Below are positions 34,891 through 44,399 of a DNA stretch of 64,000 bases, one piece after another. The translations under genes and the position numbers were made by a program. Source of the DNA: a virus. Its lineage: Duplodnaviria; Caudoviricetes. The stretch spans positions 25,162-89,161 of the IMG/VR virus record IMGVR_UViG_3300014205_000200; one strand, 5' to 3'. The notes beneath the pieces are model-generated. The model was not told the DNA's origin. It did not search any database and saw only the letters and a list, made by a program, of their open reading frames with translations. Each line of letters starts with the position of its first letter. Position 1 is the stretch's first letter.

Positions 34891-35547
34891 ATGGCGATTG
34901 ATGCGAGCACGATTCGGAAGTGGGCTACGGGCGCGACCACCAAGTCGCGGAATGTCGACGCCAAAGGCGACGACGACGAGATGCCCCCTGATGAGGGTGC
35001 CGAGGGCGAGGACGAAGAGGGTGGCGATGCCCCTCGGAACGCCCTTTGGGCCGGCGAGATGGAGGCCGACGCGGAGATCGACGAGGAGAGCGCGGCCGAG
35101 TTGGTCGGGTGGATGGAGGAGAACGAACCCGAGATCGCCGATGCTCTGTTGGAGCTGGCCGAGAACCTGACGGCCGAAGAGCCCGATCCGCGGATGCTAG
35201 GCCACGCGCGTGAGGAGCTGAAGACCGTCAACCAGTACCTCTCCCCTGAGTACCCCGAGTTGACGCCCGAGCAGCGGTCCGCCATCGACAAGAACCTGTC
35301 GATCGAGATGAAGGCGGCCGGGATGCCGGAGCGCGGCGAACCCGCCTGGGACATGGCGGTCGCGAAGGCGATCGTCTCGGCCCGGTCCGAGAAGAAGGCC
35401 GACGAAGAGGAAGAGGAAGACGAAGAGGGGGCGGAGAAGAAGAAGCCCAACCCGTTCGCCGAGAAGAAGCCCAACCCGTTCGCCAAGAAGGGTCCGCCGG
35501 CATCGGCTGGTGAGAAGAAGCCCAACCCGTTCGCTAAGGGGGCCTAA
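34891..35547 (+). CDS. acidic protein with three C-terminal KKPNPFA repeats
   Basis: AAGAAGCCCAACCCGTTCGC at 35440, 35464 and 35515. Confidence 0.65.
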   Translation: MAIDASTIRKWATGATTKSRNVDAKGDDDEMPPDEGAEGEDEEGGDAPRNALWAGEMEADAEIDEESAAELVGWMEENEPEIADALLELAENLTAEEPDPRMLGHAREELKTVNQYLSPEYPELTPEQRSAIDKNLSIEMKAAGMPERGEPAWDMAVAKAIVSARSEKKADEEEEEDEEGAEKKKPNPFAEKKPNPFAKKGPPASAGEKKPNPFAKGA

Positions 35548-35550
35548 TCA

Positions 35551-35901
35551 ATGGCGACGGTGAATAGCCCGGGTTTGTTGGCGATCGCGGATGGCGAGCC
35601 TGGGCGGGTCCCGTTTGGCGCGCTGGCGACGGTCGATCTGTTGTACGTCCCTCGTCGGGGCCACACCGTCTCGGCCTACGACGTCGTCGCATCGGCGGCG
35701 GGGACGCTTCAGCTTCTTTGGAGGGACTCCTTCGGGAACCTTCATTCGCTCGGCGCCCCGGTGGCGCTGACGGCTTCGGGGGCGCTCTTCTACGGGAGTG
35801 CTCAGATCAACCGGCCGATCATCGGCCCAATCGTGGTGAGGTTCGTCAGCACCGCCGGTTTGGGGTTGGTGTGGGCGGCGGCGACGGACGATCTGAAGTA
35901 G
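35551..35901 (+). CDS. hypothetical virion-type protein
   Basis: position and beta-rich composition. Confidence 0.55.
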   Translation: MATVNSPGLLAIADGEPGRVPFGALATVDLLYVPRRGHTVSAYDVVASAAGTLQLLWRDSFGNLHSLGAPVALTASGALFYGSAQINRPIIGPIVVRFVSTAGLGLVWAAATDDLK

Positions 35902-35908
35902 GTGTCCG

Positions 35909-36823
35909 ATGCCGATCGAGGTCTTGGTGGCGGATCAGCAACTCACGTGTCAGCAGGTCCTTGCCGCCGAGGGTTCGGTCGAAGCAGCGACCGAGCTGGG
36001 CGTTCAGGTGGTCCTGGGTGCGGGTGGTGGTCCTCCTCCCCCTCCGGCGTACGGCTACGTGAACGCGGTCGAGTTCGACGGCCCGGCTTCGGACGGGGCC
36101 AACCAGCGGATGGACACCGGCAAGTCGGAGCCAGGTGGTCTATCGGCCTTCACGATGATGATGGTGTTCGAGCTGGACGTTTGGCACGGGTCCATCCTGG
36201 CCACCCAATGGACCGACAACCCGGCCTTCAATTCGTGGATCATCGCTCCGAGTTCGGACGGCGACTACGGCCCCGGATCGAACGGTCTTCGGCTTTGGAT
36301 TCAGAACGGTGGCGGCATCATCGCCTGCCAGGCGTTGATCGACCCACCCCCTGCGGCCGGTACCCGGGTGCAGGTCGTGGTCAGGTACGACGGGTCCGGG
36401 GTGGGGAATGCCGCTCGGGCTCGGATCTGGGTGGCGATTGGCGCCGAGGCGACGCTGACCGAGTATGTGCTGACCTTCTTGGAACCGTTCGGTCCCTCTT
36501 CGGTGCCGGCCGCGCTCAACACCAGCACGTCCAACTTCTACGTCGGGGGTGGCACCTACTCGACCGCTCGGGCGGTTACGGGTGTGATCTTGGACGCCGC
36601 CTACTGGGCGTCGGCGCTGGATCCGACCGACATTGCGGCCTTGCGGGCGGCGGGTGCGCCGGTCGACCCCGAGACGGTGATTCCGTGCGACTCCCACTGG
36701 TGGATGGGCAACGGCGACAACGACGTCGGAACCTTCATTGAGGATATCGGTGCTGACGGTTTCGACGGCACGCTCGAGACGGGCGGCAATCCGGCCACGG
36801 CGCCGGTCATCGTGGCGCTCTAG
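35909..36823 (+). CDS. LamG/concanavalin A-like lectin-domain protein
   Basis: FTMMMVF, VVVRYDG, NFYVGG, GVILDAAYWASALDPTDI pattern. Confidence 0.6.
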   Translation: MPIEVLVADQQLTCQQVLAAEGSVEAATELGVQVVLGAGGGPPPPPAYGYVNAVEFDGPASDGANQRMDTGKSEPGGLSAFTMMMVFELDVWHGSILATQWTDNPAFNSWIIAPSSDGDYGPGSNGLRLWIQNGGGIIACQALIDPPPAAGTRVQVVVRYDGSGVGNAARARIWVAIGAEATLTEYVLTFLEPFGPSSVPAALNTSTSNFYVGGGTYSTARAVTGVILDAAYWASALDPTDIAALRAAGAPVDPETVIPCDSHWWMGNGDNDVGTFIEDIGADGFDGTLETGGNPATAPVIVAL

Positions 36824-36859
36824 CTTGCAGCCGACCGTCGGGTTCGTCATGCTGCCCGC

Positions 36860-37054
36860 ATGGCAAACATCCACCCTAAGCTCGCACCCCCTTCCCCCCG
36901 TCAGCCGTTCCGGGACGGTCAGGATTGGACCGAAGCCGGGGCCGCCTACTTGGAGCAGCAGCGGAAGGAGTCTGGGAATCTGCCCGATTCCTCGGACGAA
37001 GAGGCCGCTCGGGTGAAGGATTCGACGCCGTACCGAAATCTACGCGACCAGTAA
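36860..37054 (+). CDS. small hydrophilic protein
   Basis: TTGCAG-N17-CATGCT-N6-ATG. Confidence 0.6.
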   Translation: MANIHPKLAPPSPRQPFRDGQDWTEAGAAYLEQQRKESGNLPDSSDEEAARVKDSTPYRNLRDQ

Positions 37055-37060
37055 CCCGGT

Positions 37061-37076
37061 GAGAACGCGCGTTCTC
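37061..37076. repeat. 16-bp palindrome copy 9
   Basis: exact match, 6 nt after TAA. Confidence 0.95.
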
Positions 37077-37117
37077 GGCCTTGCAGGGCCGGGCCGGCGT
37101 CCTGTAAGGAGGTTCTC

Positions 37118-37309
37118 GTGCCGTCACCTCGTGAAATCGCTCTTCAGAAGAACGACCGGTCCAAGTTCAAAGAGCCGACCGGCTACTCGCCCAAGGACGG
37201 CTGCCCGACCGAGTGCGTGCCGGACGGCAAGTACGTCGAGTGGGGTAAGAACCCGTTCCGTGAATCCGGAACCGAGCAGCAGGCCCCCAATCCGGGCCAG
37301 GAAGGTTGA
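37118..37309 (+). CDS. small hydrophilic protein
   Basis: AAGGAGG SD. Confidence 0.6.
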   Translation: MPSPREIALQKNDRSKFKEPTGYSPKDGCPTECVPDGKYVEWGKNPFRESGTEQQAPNPGQEG

Positions 37310-37315
37310 TCCATC

Positions 37316-37522
37316 ATGGCCGACAAAAGCAGCTTTAAGCAGGGGTCCGGTTCGGAGAAGAGCACCTTGAACGGTCAGGTGTCGAACGGGAAGGACACCT
37401 ACGACGGGAAGTACAAGGACCCGTCGAAGGAGATGTCGGAGGCCGAGAAGTGGGGCACCGACAAGCTCCCGGTCGAGAACGGCCAGTTGCCGGCGTCCGG
37501 GCTTCGCGGCTTCGGGGGCTGA
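37316..37522 (+). CDS. small hydrophilic protein
   Basis: K/G/S-rich ORF. Confidence 0.6.
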   Translation: MADKSSFKQGSGSEKSTLNGQVSNGKDTYDGKYKDPSKEMSEAEKWGTDKLPVENGQLPASGLRGFGG

Positions 37523-37528
37523 ATCTAG

Positions 37529-37918
37529 ATGTCGACCCCCCAGATCATCCGGTTCGCCGGGGCGGTGACGTTGGAGCCACCTTCGGCGAGCTGCCTGCTG
37601 CCGTCCGGCGTCACCGCGATCCCGCTGGACATCCGGCAGCTCGCTCAGTCGAGCGTCAATCGGGCCCTCCGGGTGAACACGCCGTCGCCCGGGTTCCTCG
37701 ATCTCTTGGCCAACTCGGGGGTCACCAACCTCCGACAAGGCCTACTGATTGCCCGCAACGGCATCTTCACCGTGCGGATTACCTGGGCCGGAGGGGTGGA
37801 CCAGTTGATCCCGCTGTCGGAGTACTGGGCCTTTTCCAACCCCCAAACCGGATCGCAAATCACCGCCCTGGCGATTCAGGGCGTCGGCGATCTTGAAATG
37901 TTGATCGCGGGCGACTGA
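37529..37918 (+). CDS. probable virion structural protein
   Basis: position and composition. Confidence 0.55.
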   Translation: MSTPQIIRFAGAVTLEPPSASCLLPSGVTAIPLDIRQLAQSSVNRALRVNTPSPGFLDLLANSGVTNLRQGLLIARNGIFTVRITWAGGVDQLIPLSEYWAFSNPQTGSQITALAIQGVGDLEMLIAGD

Positions 37919-37941
37919 GTCGGCCGCAGAAGGAACCGAAC

Positions 37942-38583
37942 ATGAGCGCGCAGTCCCCCACGATCCGAGAATCTATCAACAATGGCGTTCTTCAGCAGAT
38001 CGCCGATCTGTGCCGGGCCATCAACCTCGGCGACCTGATTGGCGGTATTGGTCAGCAGCTGTTCGCGGCCGGGAAGATCCAGACCGCCCTCTTCGCCGCG
38101 ACTGGCGCCACCCAGGCGCTGACGTTCGCGCAACTCGGCATGGTGCCGCCGACCGACGCGAACTACATCGTCTTGGCCAGCTGCGAAACGACCAACTGCC
38201 GGGTGGATGAGTCGACCAAAACCACGACCGGCTTCACGCTGCTGAACACGACCAACCTCGAAGTCATCAACGTCACGATCATTGAGCGGAACGGTCCGCT
38301 CGCCGAGCAGGTCACCGTCACCAGCTCGGCCGGAACGTTGGCCGCCGCCCCCGACATCGTGTTGGACGTCATCGCGACTGCCGGCACCAGCCTTGGTCGG
38401 AAGGTCCTGAAGATCGGCGACAGCAATCTCACGCCCGCCCCGGGCGAGGTCATCTGGGATGGCGCGACCGGCCTTCGGTTCAACGCGACTGACGCCGTCA
38501 CGTCCGCCAAGGTGGTTCGGGTTCCTTCCGCCGGGGTGGTGACCAGCCTGTTGAATCGGGCTCTCGGCCAGCAGGACGCCTAA
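37942..38583 (+). CDS. probable head decoration protein
   Basis: T/A/V/G-rich; upstream of scaffold and MCP. Confidence 0.45.
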   Translation: MSAQSPTIRESINNGVLQQIADLCRAINLGDLIGGIGQQLFAAGKIQTALFAATGATQALTFAQLGMVPPTDANYIVLASCETTNCRVDESTKTTTGFTLLNTTNLEVINVTIIERNGPLAEQVTVTSSAGTLAAAPDIVLDVIATAGTSLGRKVLKIGDSNLTPAPGEVIWDGATGLRFNATDAVTSAKVVRVPSAGVVTSLLNRALGQQDA

Positions 38584-38597
38584 GGTAAACCTAAGAC

Positions 38598-39488
38598 ATG
38601 ACGACCGCGATCGATCCGGGGGCCGGTGCCCCGCAAGAGGCCGCCCCGGTGGGCGCTCCCGGATCATCGCCTCAACCGGCTACCGCGGCAGCTCAACCGA
38701 GCCGCGGGGCGAGCGGGAACGACCCGGCGCCAAAGAAGGCGAGTATCGATATGGCGACCAAGAACAAGCAGCGCGAGCCCTCCGCCGAGGCCGTCCTGTC
38801 CCGGGCGCGTCGCATGATGCGCAAAGAACTGAAGCCCTTGGCGGCGGTCTTGAACCTGACCGAGTACGATCAAGGTGCCGTCATCAAGGCCTTCAAGGAA
38901 GCCGTCGAGGCCAAGGCCACCCCTTCGGCAACCGGCCCTGAGGGCCAGCAGGCGGCTCCGGGCCCCGATCGGTCTGAAGAGATCGTCGAGTTGAAGTCCC
39001 GGATCCGCGAGCTGGAGAAGGAGAAGTCGACGATCGAGGTCGCGAAGCTGAAGGCCGAGCGCCAGGCGATCGTCGCCGAGCGGTCGCTCGAGAACATGAA
39101 GGTCGAGGTCGAGCTGCGGGCCGAAGCCCAGGCGGCCGGCGTCACCGACACCGACTACGCGATCGATCTCTTGAAGCGGCATGCGAAGCAGCTTCCCGAG
39201 ACCGAGGAGCTGAACCCGAAATCCTTCTTCGAGGGATTGAAGAAGGACCCGTCTAAGCGGGCCCTTTTTGAACGAGCGGACGTGGCGGCCGGACCGACGC
39301 CGGTAGCCAACGAACCTCAACGTCAGTCTCAGGGTCAACCGACCCCGGGGCAACCGGTTAAGCCGGGTGACCAGTTGAACCCGAAGGCCGAGCCGGCCCC
39401 GGGCGAGCAGATCAACGTCGAGGCGCTGTCGAAGCGGGACTTCAACGCGCACACCAGTGATAAGTACGGGTTCCGGCCCGGCTACTAA
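38598..39488 (+). CDS. capsid scaffolding protein
   Basis: disordered ends, central coiled coil, directly before MCP. Confidence 0.7.
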   Translation: MTTAIDPGAGAPQEAAPVGAPGSSPQPATAAAQPSRGASGNDPAPKKASIDMATKNKQREPSAEAVLSRARRMMRKELKPLAAVLNLTEYDQGAVIKAFKEAVEAKATPSATGPEGQQAAPGPDRSEEIVELKSRIRELEKEKSTIEVAKLKAERQAIVAERSLENMKVEVELRAEAQAAGVTDTDYAIDLLKRHAKQLPETEELNPKSFFEGLKKDPSKRALFERADVAAGPTPVANEPQRQSQGQPTPGQPVKPGDQLNPKAEPAPGEQINVEALSKRDFNAHTSDKYGFRPGY

Positions 39489-39547
39489 GGACTTGAAACC
39501 GGCGCCTTCGTGGCTGTAGCCTCGCGCCGAGGAGAAGGGACAGTTAA

Positions 39548-40924
39548 ATGGAAGGCTCTATCGGCGCAAACTTTGTAGTGGGGTTCAACTCCTCGGTCGT
39601 TTCGGCGATCCAGGACCGCACCCTGGCGCGCGTGTTCCGCGACGCTCTCTTCCCCCGGATCTTGTTCCGGGCCGAAGCGGACCCCGAGATGTGGCCCGCC
39701 AACCTCGGTACCAACCAGACCTTCAGCCGGTCCGGGACCATGCGGCCCTCGACCCGGCCGTTGGAGGCGAACCAGGATCCGACTCCTCTGACCTACGGGA
39801 TCGAGCAGTGGGAGGCGACGGCGGCCCAGTACGGTGGTTCGATCGACACCCACATGCCGACCAGCTACGTGACGATCGCGTCGCTGTACCTCCGGAACAT
39901 GCATCAGCTGGGCCTTCACTCGGCCCAGTCGGTCAACCGGGTGGTCCGAGACCGGCTGTTCAACGCCTACCTGGCGGGCAACACGGTCGTGAGCGCGAAC
40001 GTGGGCGGTGGCGTCAGCGTTCCGGTGGTGAGCCTCTCTGGCTTCACCCGGAAGCAGCTGAACGGCCGGCCGGCTTTCGTGAGCCCGACCAACCCGTTGC
40101 CGATCCTGATCACCACCGGTGGTGTGACGACCGCGTTCAACGTCGTCGGCTTCACCTCGACGTTCCCGAACGACGAGATCCACAGCGGCATCTTGACGCT
40201 CGACGTGGCGCACGCCGGTCTGACGGCGCGCGACATCGTCCGGGCGGTCAACCGGTCGCGGGTCATTCGGTCGGGTGGTGGTGAGTCGGTCGACGCCATC
40301 AGCTCCGGTGATCAGTTCACCGTGGCGAACGTCCGGGCGGCGATCGCTCAGCTCCGTCGGAACAACGTCCCGACGCACGAGGACGGCACGATCCACTGCC
40401 ATCTGGATCCGGATTCGATGAACCAGATCTTCAACGACAACGAGTTCCAGCGGTTGAACCAATCGCTGCCCGACTACATCCACTATCGTGAGATGGCGCT
40501 CGGGACCTTCGGTGGTGTGACGTTCTACCGGAACACCGAGTCGCCGGTGGTGGCGACGGTCGACCAGGATCCGCAGTTTGGCTTCACCTTCGCGGGTGAG
40601 CTGACCAACGCTTCCGGGGTCGAGATCCATCGCCCGATCTTCACCGGCGGCGGTGCGATCGAGGAGAAGTACCTCGACGAGTCGAAGTACATCAGCGAGG
40701 CCGGAATCAACGGTAAGATCGGCGAGTTCGCGGTGGTCAACAACGGCATCCAGGTGATGGCGGAGCGCATCCGTCTCATCCTCCGGGCGCCGCAGGACCG
40801 CCTCCAGCAGCAGACTTCTGCCAGCTGGTCGCACTCGGGCGACTGGCCGGTTCCGACCGACTCGCTCAACACCACGAGCCCCGCCGACTACAAGCGGGCC
40901 GTCGTGGTCGAGCACGGCATCTAA
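39548..40924 (+). CDS. major capsid protein (HK97 fold, resembles N4 gp56-type)
   Basis: 458 aa after the scaffold, strongly biased codons, E-loop-like TFSRSG...QYGGSI. Confidence 0.8.
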   Translation: MEGSIGANFVVGFNSSVVSAIQDRTLARVFRDALFPRILFRAEADPEMWPANLGTNQTFSRSGTMRPSTRPLEANQDPTPLTYGIEQWEATAAQYGGSIDTHMPTSYVTIASLYLRNMHQLGLHSAQSVNRVVRDRLFNAYLAGNTVVSANVGGGVSVPVVSLSGFTRKQLNGRPAFVSPTNPLPILITTGGVTTAFNVVGFTSTFPNDEIHSGILTLDVAHAGLTARDIVRAVNRSRVIRSGGGESVDAISSGDQFTVANVRAAIAQLRRNNVPTHEDGTIHCHLDPDSMNQIFNDNEFQRLNQSLPDYIHYREMALGTFGGVTFYRNTESPVVATVDQDPQFGFTFAGELTNASGVEIHRPIFTGGGAIEEKYLDESKYISEAGINGKIGEFAVVNNGIQVMAERIRLILRAPQDRLQQQTSASWSHSGDWPVPTDSLNTTSPADYKRAVVVEHGI

Positions 40925-41165
40925 GTTCCGGGCCCTTAAGTGGGTCTGGTTTGGGACTTCGGTCCCGCTCCTGGGTTCGCCCAGGTCGGAGCTTCGGCTC
41001 CACCCCTCGGCCGAAAGGCTGAGGACCCGCAGGGCACCCGAGCTGCCCGGGGGTTGATCTTCGACAGGGGGCTCACGCTCCCGCGCCAACGGCGAGGCCT
41101 TGTCGCCGGTTCTTTAGAAGGTCTAGACCCAGCAGCTCGAGTGCCCGGCACTCTTCCCTTTTCGG
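40925..41165 (+). ncRNA. candidate structured ncRNA or structured 3' element
   Basis: three UUCG hairpins, one GAAA hairpin and a 15-bp long-range stem in an intergenic region lacking any + strand gene-like ORF. Confidence 0.6.
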
Positions 41166-41190
41166 CGCTTCTCGTCCTAGAGTTGGCGCC

Positions 41191-41631
41191 ATGAGCACCA
41201 GAAAACTCCGAGAAACCCAGTCCCCTTCAGCGGTCGAGGTCGCGATGGAGGGGGTCGAATTCGCGCTCCCGATCGACGCGAGGCCGGCTCCCGCGCGAGA
41301 AGACGAAGGGTCGGACGTCTCGGATGAGGACCCGTACCAAAAGCAGCGCGACCAAGACGCGGAGCGGAACGCACTCAACCAGCGGGCCGCGAAGGAGTCG
41401 AATCGGATCGAGGCGTCGCTCTACCGACGAGCGACCCCGCCGAAGTTGCCCGAGTTGCCGGAGGCGAAGGCGGCTGAGATCCGGGCGGCTCGTTACCGCG
41501 TCACCGGATCGGTGGCGCCGATTTCGATCGACGGCCAGCGGATCTCTTTCCGGGTCGGAAAGGAGCTAGACTCCAACCAGTTCGACGTCGAGTATCTGAA
41601 GCGGCACGGCGTAAAGCTGGAAGCCATCTAA
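41191..41631 (+). CDS. hypothetical head-associated protein
   Basis: TAGAGT-N7-ATG. Confidence 0.6.
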   Translation: MSTRKLRETQSPSAVEVAMEGVEFALPIDARPAPAREDEGSDVSDEDPYQKQRDQDAERNALNQRAAKESNRIEASLYRRATPPKLPELPEAKAAEIRAARYRVTGSVAPISIDGQRISFRVGKELDSNQFDVEYLKRHGVKLEAI

Positions 41632-41640
41632 GGGGGCAAG

Positions 41641-42066
41641 ATGCCGTTCACCGAGCAGGACCGGAGCCGAATCTACTACCACCTCGGCTATCCGGACATC
41701 ACGTCCGCCTCGTCGGTCCAGCTCGGCTTCCCGGCGTTGAGTCAACCCCAGTTCCTGGTCAGCTACGCGATGGACCGGCTCAACCCGGCCTCGGTTCCAC
41801 GTGCGATTCGGATCCTCAACATCCTGGACGGTGTGGAGGGTCAGATGGTGTCGGCGCTGAAGCGACTTCAGGCCCAGCAGTTGGGCGAGCTGAAGCTCCG
41901 CAACACCAACGAGGAGAGCACCGAGCAGGACTTGTTGGAGCGTGAGTACAGCCGGTGGGCCCAGCGGCTCGCCGACATCTTGGGCGTGCCGATCAATCCC
42001 TACGCGACCCGCTATGGCGCGCTCGAGGGCGGCGGTGCGATCAACACGCCGGTGGTGAACAGCTGA
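41641..42066 (+). CDS. head-tail adaptor/connector
   Basis: helical 141 aa, IYYHLGYP; position after MCP. Confidence 0.55.
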   Translation: MPFTEQDRSRIYYHLGYPDITSASSVQLGFPALSQPQFLVSYAMDRLNPASVPRAIRILNILDGVEGQMVSALKRLQAQQLGELKLRNTNEESTEQDLLEREYSRWAQRLADILGVPINPYATRYGALEGGGAINTPVVNS

Positions 42067-42872
42067 TGGCGGGCGATCGGTACCGACGGACGAGTCCGAT
42101 CGCGCCCCCCGGTCTCGCTCCGTTGGCCGATTGGGAAGTTAGCCGCACGCTCGCGGAGGATCTGGTCGACGTGGCGGACTGCATCCGGGAGCTGTATACC
42201 GATTTTGGTCTGCGGCCCTACCGGGTCTTCCTGGTCTGGATGGGCTGGACGGCGGACGAAGACGACGACGGGGTGGTGAGCGGGCCCGAGCGCGATCTGT
42301 TGCCACCCGAGCTGGCCGCCCGGGCGATGTCGTTGTTGCCCAACTTGGTCGAGGTGGGGGTGGGGCGCCCGGTCTTGCTGTTCGAGAAGGAGTTGTTGCC
42401 GACGCCTTCGGTCGAGCCGGCCGGCATCAGCCACCAGTTGGACGTGACGGGCGACACCGAGATGGGGTCGATCTTGGTGACGCAGATCAGCCCCCGGTGT
42501 AGCGAGGACGAGCTGATGGGGTTGGCGGATCCATTTCGCGACCCGGCCCGGCCCGACACCTTGCGGGCCGGCATCGACTTCTTCTACGAGGTTCGGGAGA
42601 ACCGGCCGGCCGGCTTCGTGAGCCCCGGCTACGAGGCCTTCGAGCCCCGCCAGGAGCTTCGCCCGGTGCGGCGGCGGTTCCGGGTCAACCAGGCGCCGAG
42701 TCGGGACGCGGACGCCTTCCAGTGGTCGCTCGGCCTCGACCGGGCCGACGGTGAGCGGGGTCGGGATGGCCAGACGTCGGCGATGGACGGCACGCCCGAG
42801 TTGGTGGCCGGCACGTCCGACCAGCAGGCGGTCCGCCGGGCGCTCGTTGAAGAAGACGACTACGACCTGTAG
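42066..42872 (+). CDS. head-closure/neck protein
   Basis: TGATG coupling; position. Confidence 0.45.
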   Translation: MAGDRYRRTSPIAPPGLAPLADWEVSRTLAEDLVDVADCIRELYTDFGLRPYRVFLVWMGWTADEDDDGVVSGPERDLLPPELAARAMSLLPNLVEVGVGRPVLLFEKELLPTPSVEPAGISHQLDVTGDTEMGSILVTQISPRCSEDELMGLADPFRDPARPDTLRAGIDFFYEVRENRPAGFVSPGYEAFEPRQELRPVRRRFRVNQAPSRDADAFQWSLGLDRADGERGRDGQTSAMDGTPELVAGTSDQQAVRRALVEEDDYDL

Positions 42873-42881
42873 CGTGGTGGG

Positions 42882-43607
42882 ATGCCGACGCTGACGATCG
42901 CGCTGGCCGACTTGCCGCAAGAGCTGCGCGACTTGGCGGCTCGGGACCAGCGGGCCCTGAACGCCGCCAACCTGCGGACCGTCAGCGTCGATGCCCAGCG
43001 GTGGATCCAGTGGTCGATCCGGGGCGGCGGGCTGCCGCCGATGTTCGGCCCTCCGCCGCCCCCCAAGGCGACGAACCGCCGGAAGAAGCAGAAGGGCCGG
43101 GGGTTGTTGAAGAAGGTCCTGGGCCGGATCAAGAAGGCGCTCAAGATGAAGGGCGTCCCGAGGGTCAAGAAGACGATCCCGAAGGGGGCGAAGGAGCCGG
43201 CCAAGCCAAAGCAGAAGGAGCGCCCGGCCCCGGCCGGTTACCGGATCCCGATCGACACCGGCGACTACGCCAACTCGTGGCGGTGGGAGGTCACCGACGA
43301 GGGCGGGATGGTGTACGCCAGCCCGAACCCTCCGATCAAAGCGGGGGTGATCGAGCTGGGCCGTCGGCCCGGGAAAGGGATCCCGCTCGACCCGTTGGCC
43401 GATTGGGTGCGGCGGAAGCTGGGCGTTCGGGATCCAAAGAAGGCACGCGGGATCGCGTTCGCGATTTCGGTGCATCAGAAGCGGAACGGTCGGAAGGGGT
43501 TGCGGGTGTTGGAGCGGGCCCGGCCGAAGATCATCGAGGCGGCGGGGAAGAACATCGAAAGGGAGCTTCGTCGTTTTGCCAACTCCCGCACGAGGCCCCC
43601 GGGGTAG
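42882..43607 (+). CDS. neck/tail-completion protein (HK97 gp10-like)
   Basis: PIDTGDYANSW, IELGRRPG, basic insert. Confidence 0.6.
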   Translation: MPTLTIALADLPQELRDLAARDQRALNAANLRTVSVDAQRWIQWSIRGGGLPPMFGPPPPPKATNRRKKQKGRGLLKKVLGRIKKALKMKGVPRVKKTIPKGAKEPAKPKQKERPAPAGYRIPIDTGDYANSWRWEVTDEGGMVYASPNPPIKAGVIELGRRPGKGIPLDPLADWVRRKLGVRDPKKARGIAFAISVHQKRNGRKGLRVLERARPKIIEAAGKNIERELRRFANSRTRPPG

Positions 43608-43619
43608 TAGACTGCCGGC

Positions 43620-44390
43620 GTGGACAACGTCGCCGACTATCCGCTGAAGGGCCTGGCCGATGTCCGATCGGCGATCGTCTTCGAGCTGGCGTCGTTCCTG
43701 CAGAAGCTCGACTTCAGTTTTCCGAAGACGACTGAGCCGTTCCGGTTCGCCCCCGGTGCCGTCTATCCCGACTGGCCGACCTGGAACACGCGGGCGATGT
43801 CGGCCGGTGGGATGCTGCCGGCTGCCGCCATCCTGCCCGATCGGCCGACGTTCGTTCCCAGCTGCCTGACGCCGTCGTTCTTGGACGAGACCTGGTCGGG
43901 CGGCGACCCGACGCTTCTGAACCCCGACGGGTCTCAGCAGTATCCGCTCGGTGACGCGAGCGGGCGCGGGTTCGGGTTGTTCAAGGTCAGCGAGATCGAC
44001 GTGCCGATCGTGGTGCTGTTCCGGGCCGTCAACAAGCCGCAGCGTCGGGCCATCATGCGAACGCTTGAGCAGGCGTTCGTCGACTCGGTGGGGATCGACC
44101 ACACGACCGAGCGTCTCCCGATGGGGGTGGCGGAGGCGTTGGTTTCCCCACCGCACTACGGTCGGTTCTTGAAGTTGACCCGGTACTACAACCGCCAGTG
44201 CCGGTTCGTCCTTCAGGCCAGCCAGCTGTTGGACTCGGAGGCGCTGGCGGGCGCGAATCGGTGGATTGGTCAGCTCGAAATTTCCGCCAACACGTCTGTT
44301 TGCGTACTCCGCCGGGTTCGTGGCATGACTCCTCAGGTTAGGTTGACACTCGACGACCAGGCGGAGGATCGCTCCGCAGGCGCCGACTAG
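43620..44390 (+). CDS. tail terminator-like protein
   Basis: position immediately before the sheath. Confidence 0.45.
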   Translation: MDNVADYPLKGLADVRSAIVFELASFLQKLDFSFPKTTEPFRFAPGAVYPDWPTWNTRAMSAGGMLPAAAILPDRPTFVPSCLTPSFLDETWSGGDPTLLNPDGSQQYPLGDASGRGFGLFKVSEIDVPIVVLFRAVNKPQRRAIMRTLEQAFVDSVGIDHTTERLPMGVAEALVSPPHYGRFLKLTRYYNRQCRFVLQASQLLDSEALAGANRWIGQLEISANTSVCVLRRVRGMTPQVRLTLDDQAEDRSAGAD

Positions 44391-44399
44391 GAGGTTCTG

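Noticed and set aside
39500-39530. Riboswitch in the MCP leader (GGCGC...GCGCC stem)
   Set aside because: Only a short stem next to the SD; no recognisable aptamer.
41005-41040. Hammerhead ribozyme (CTGAGGA fits CUGANGA and GAAA is nearby)
   Set aside because: GAAA lies only 2 nt before CTGAGGA and none follows the next stem, so no hammerhead permutation can be built.
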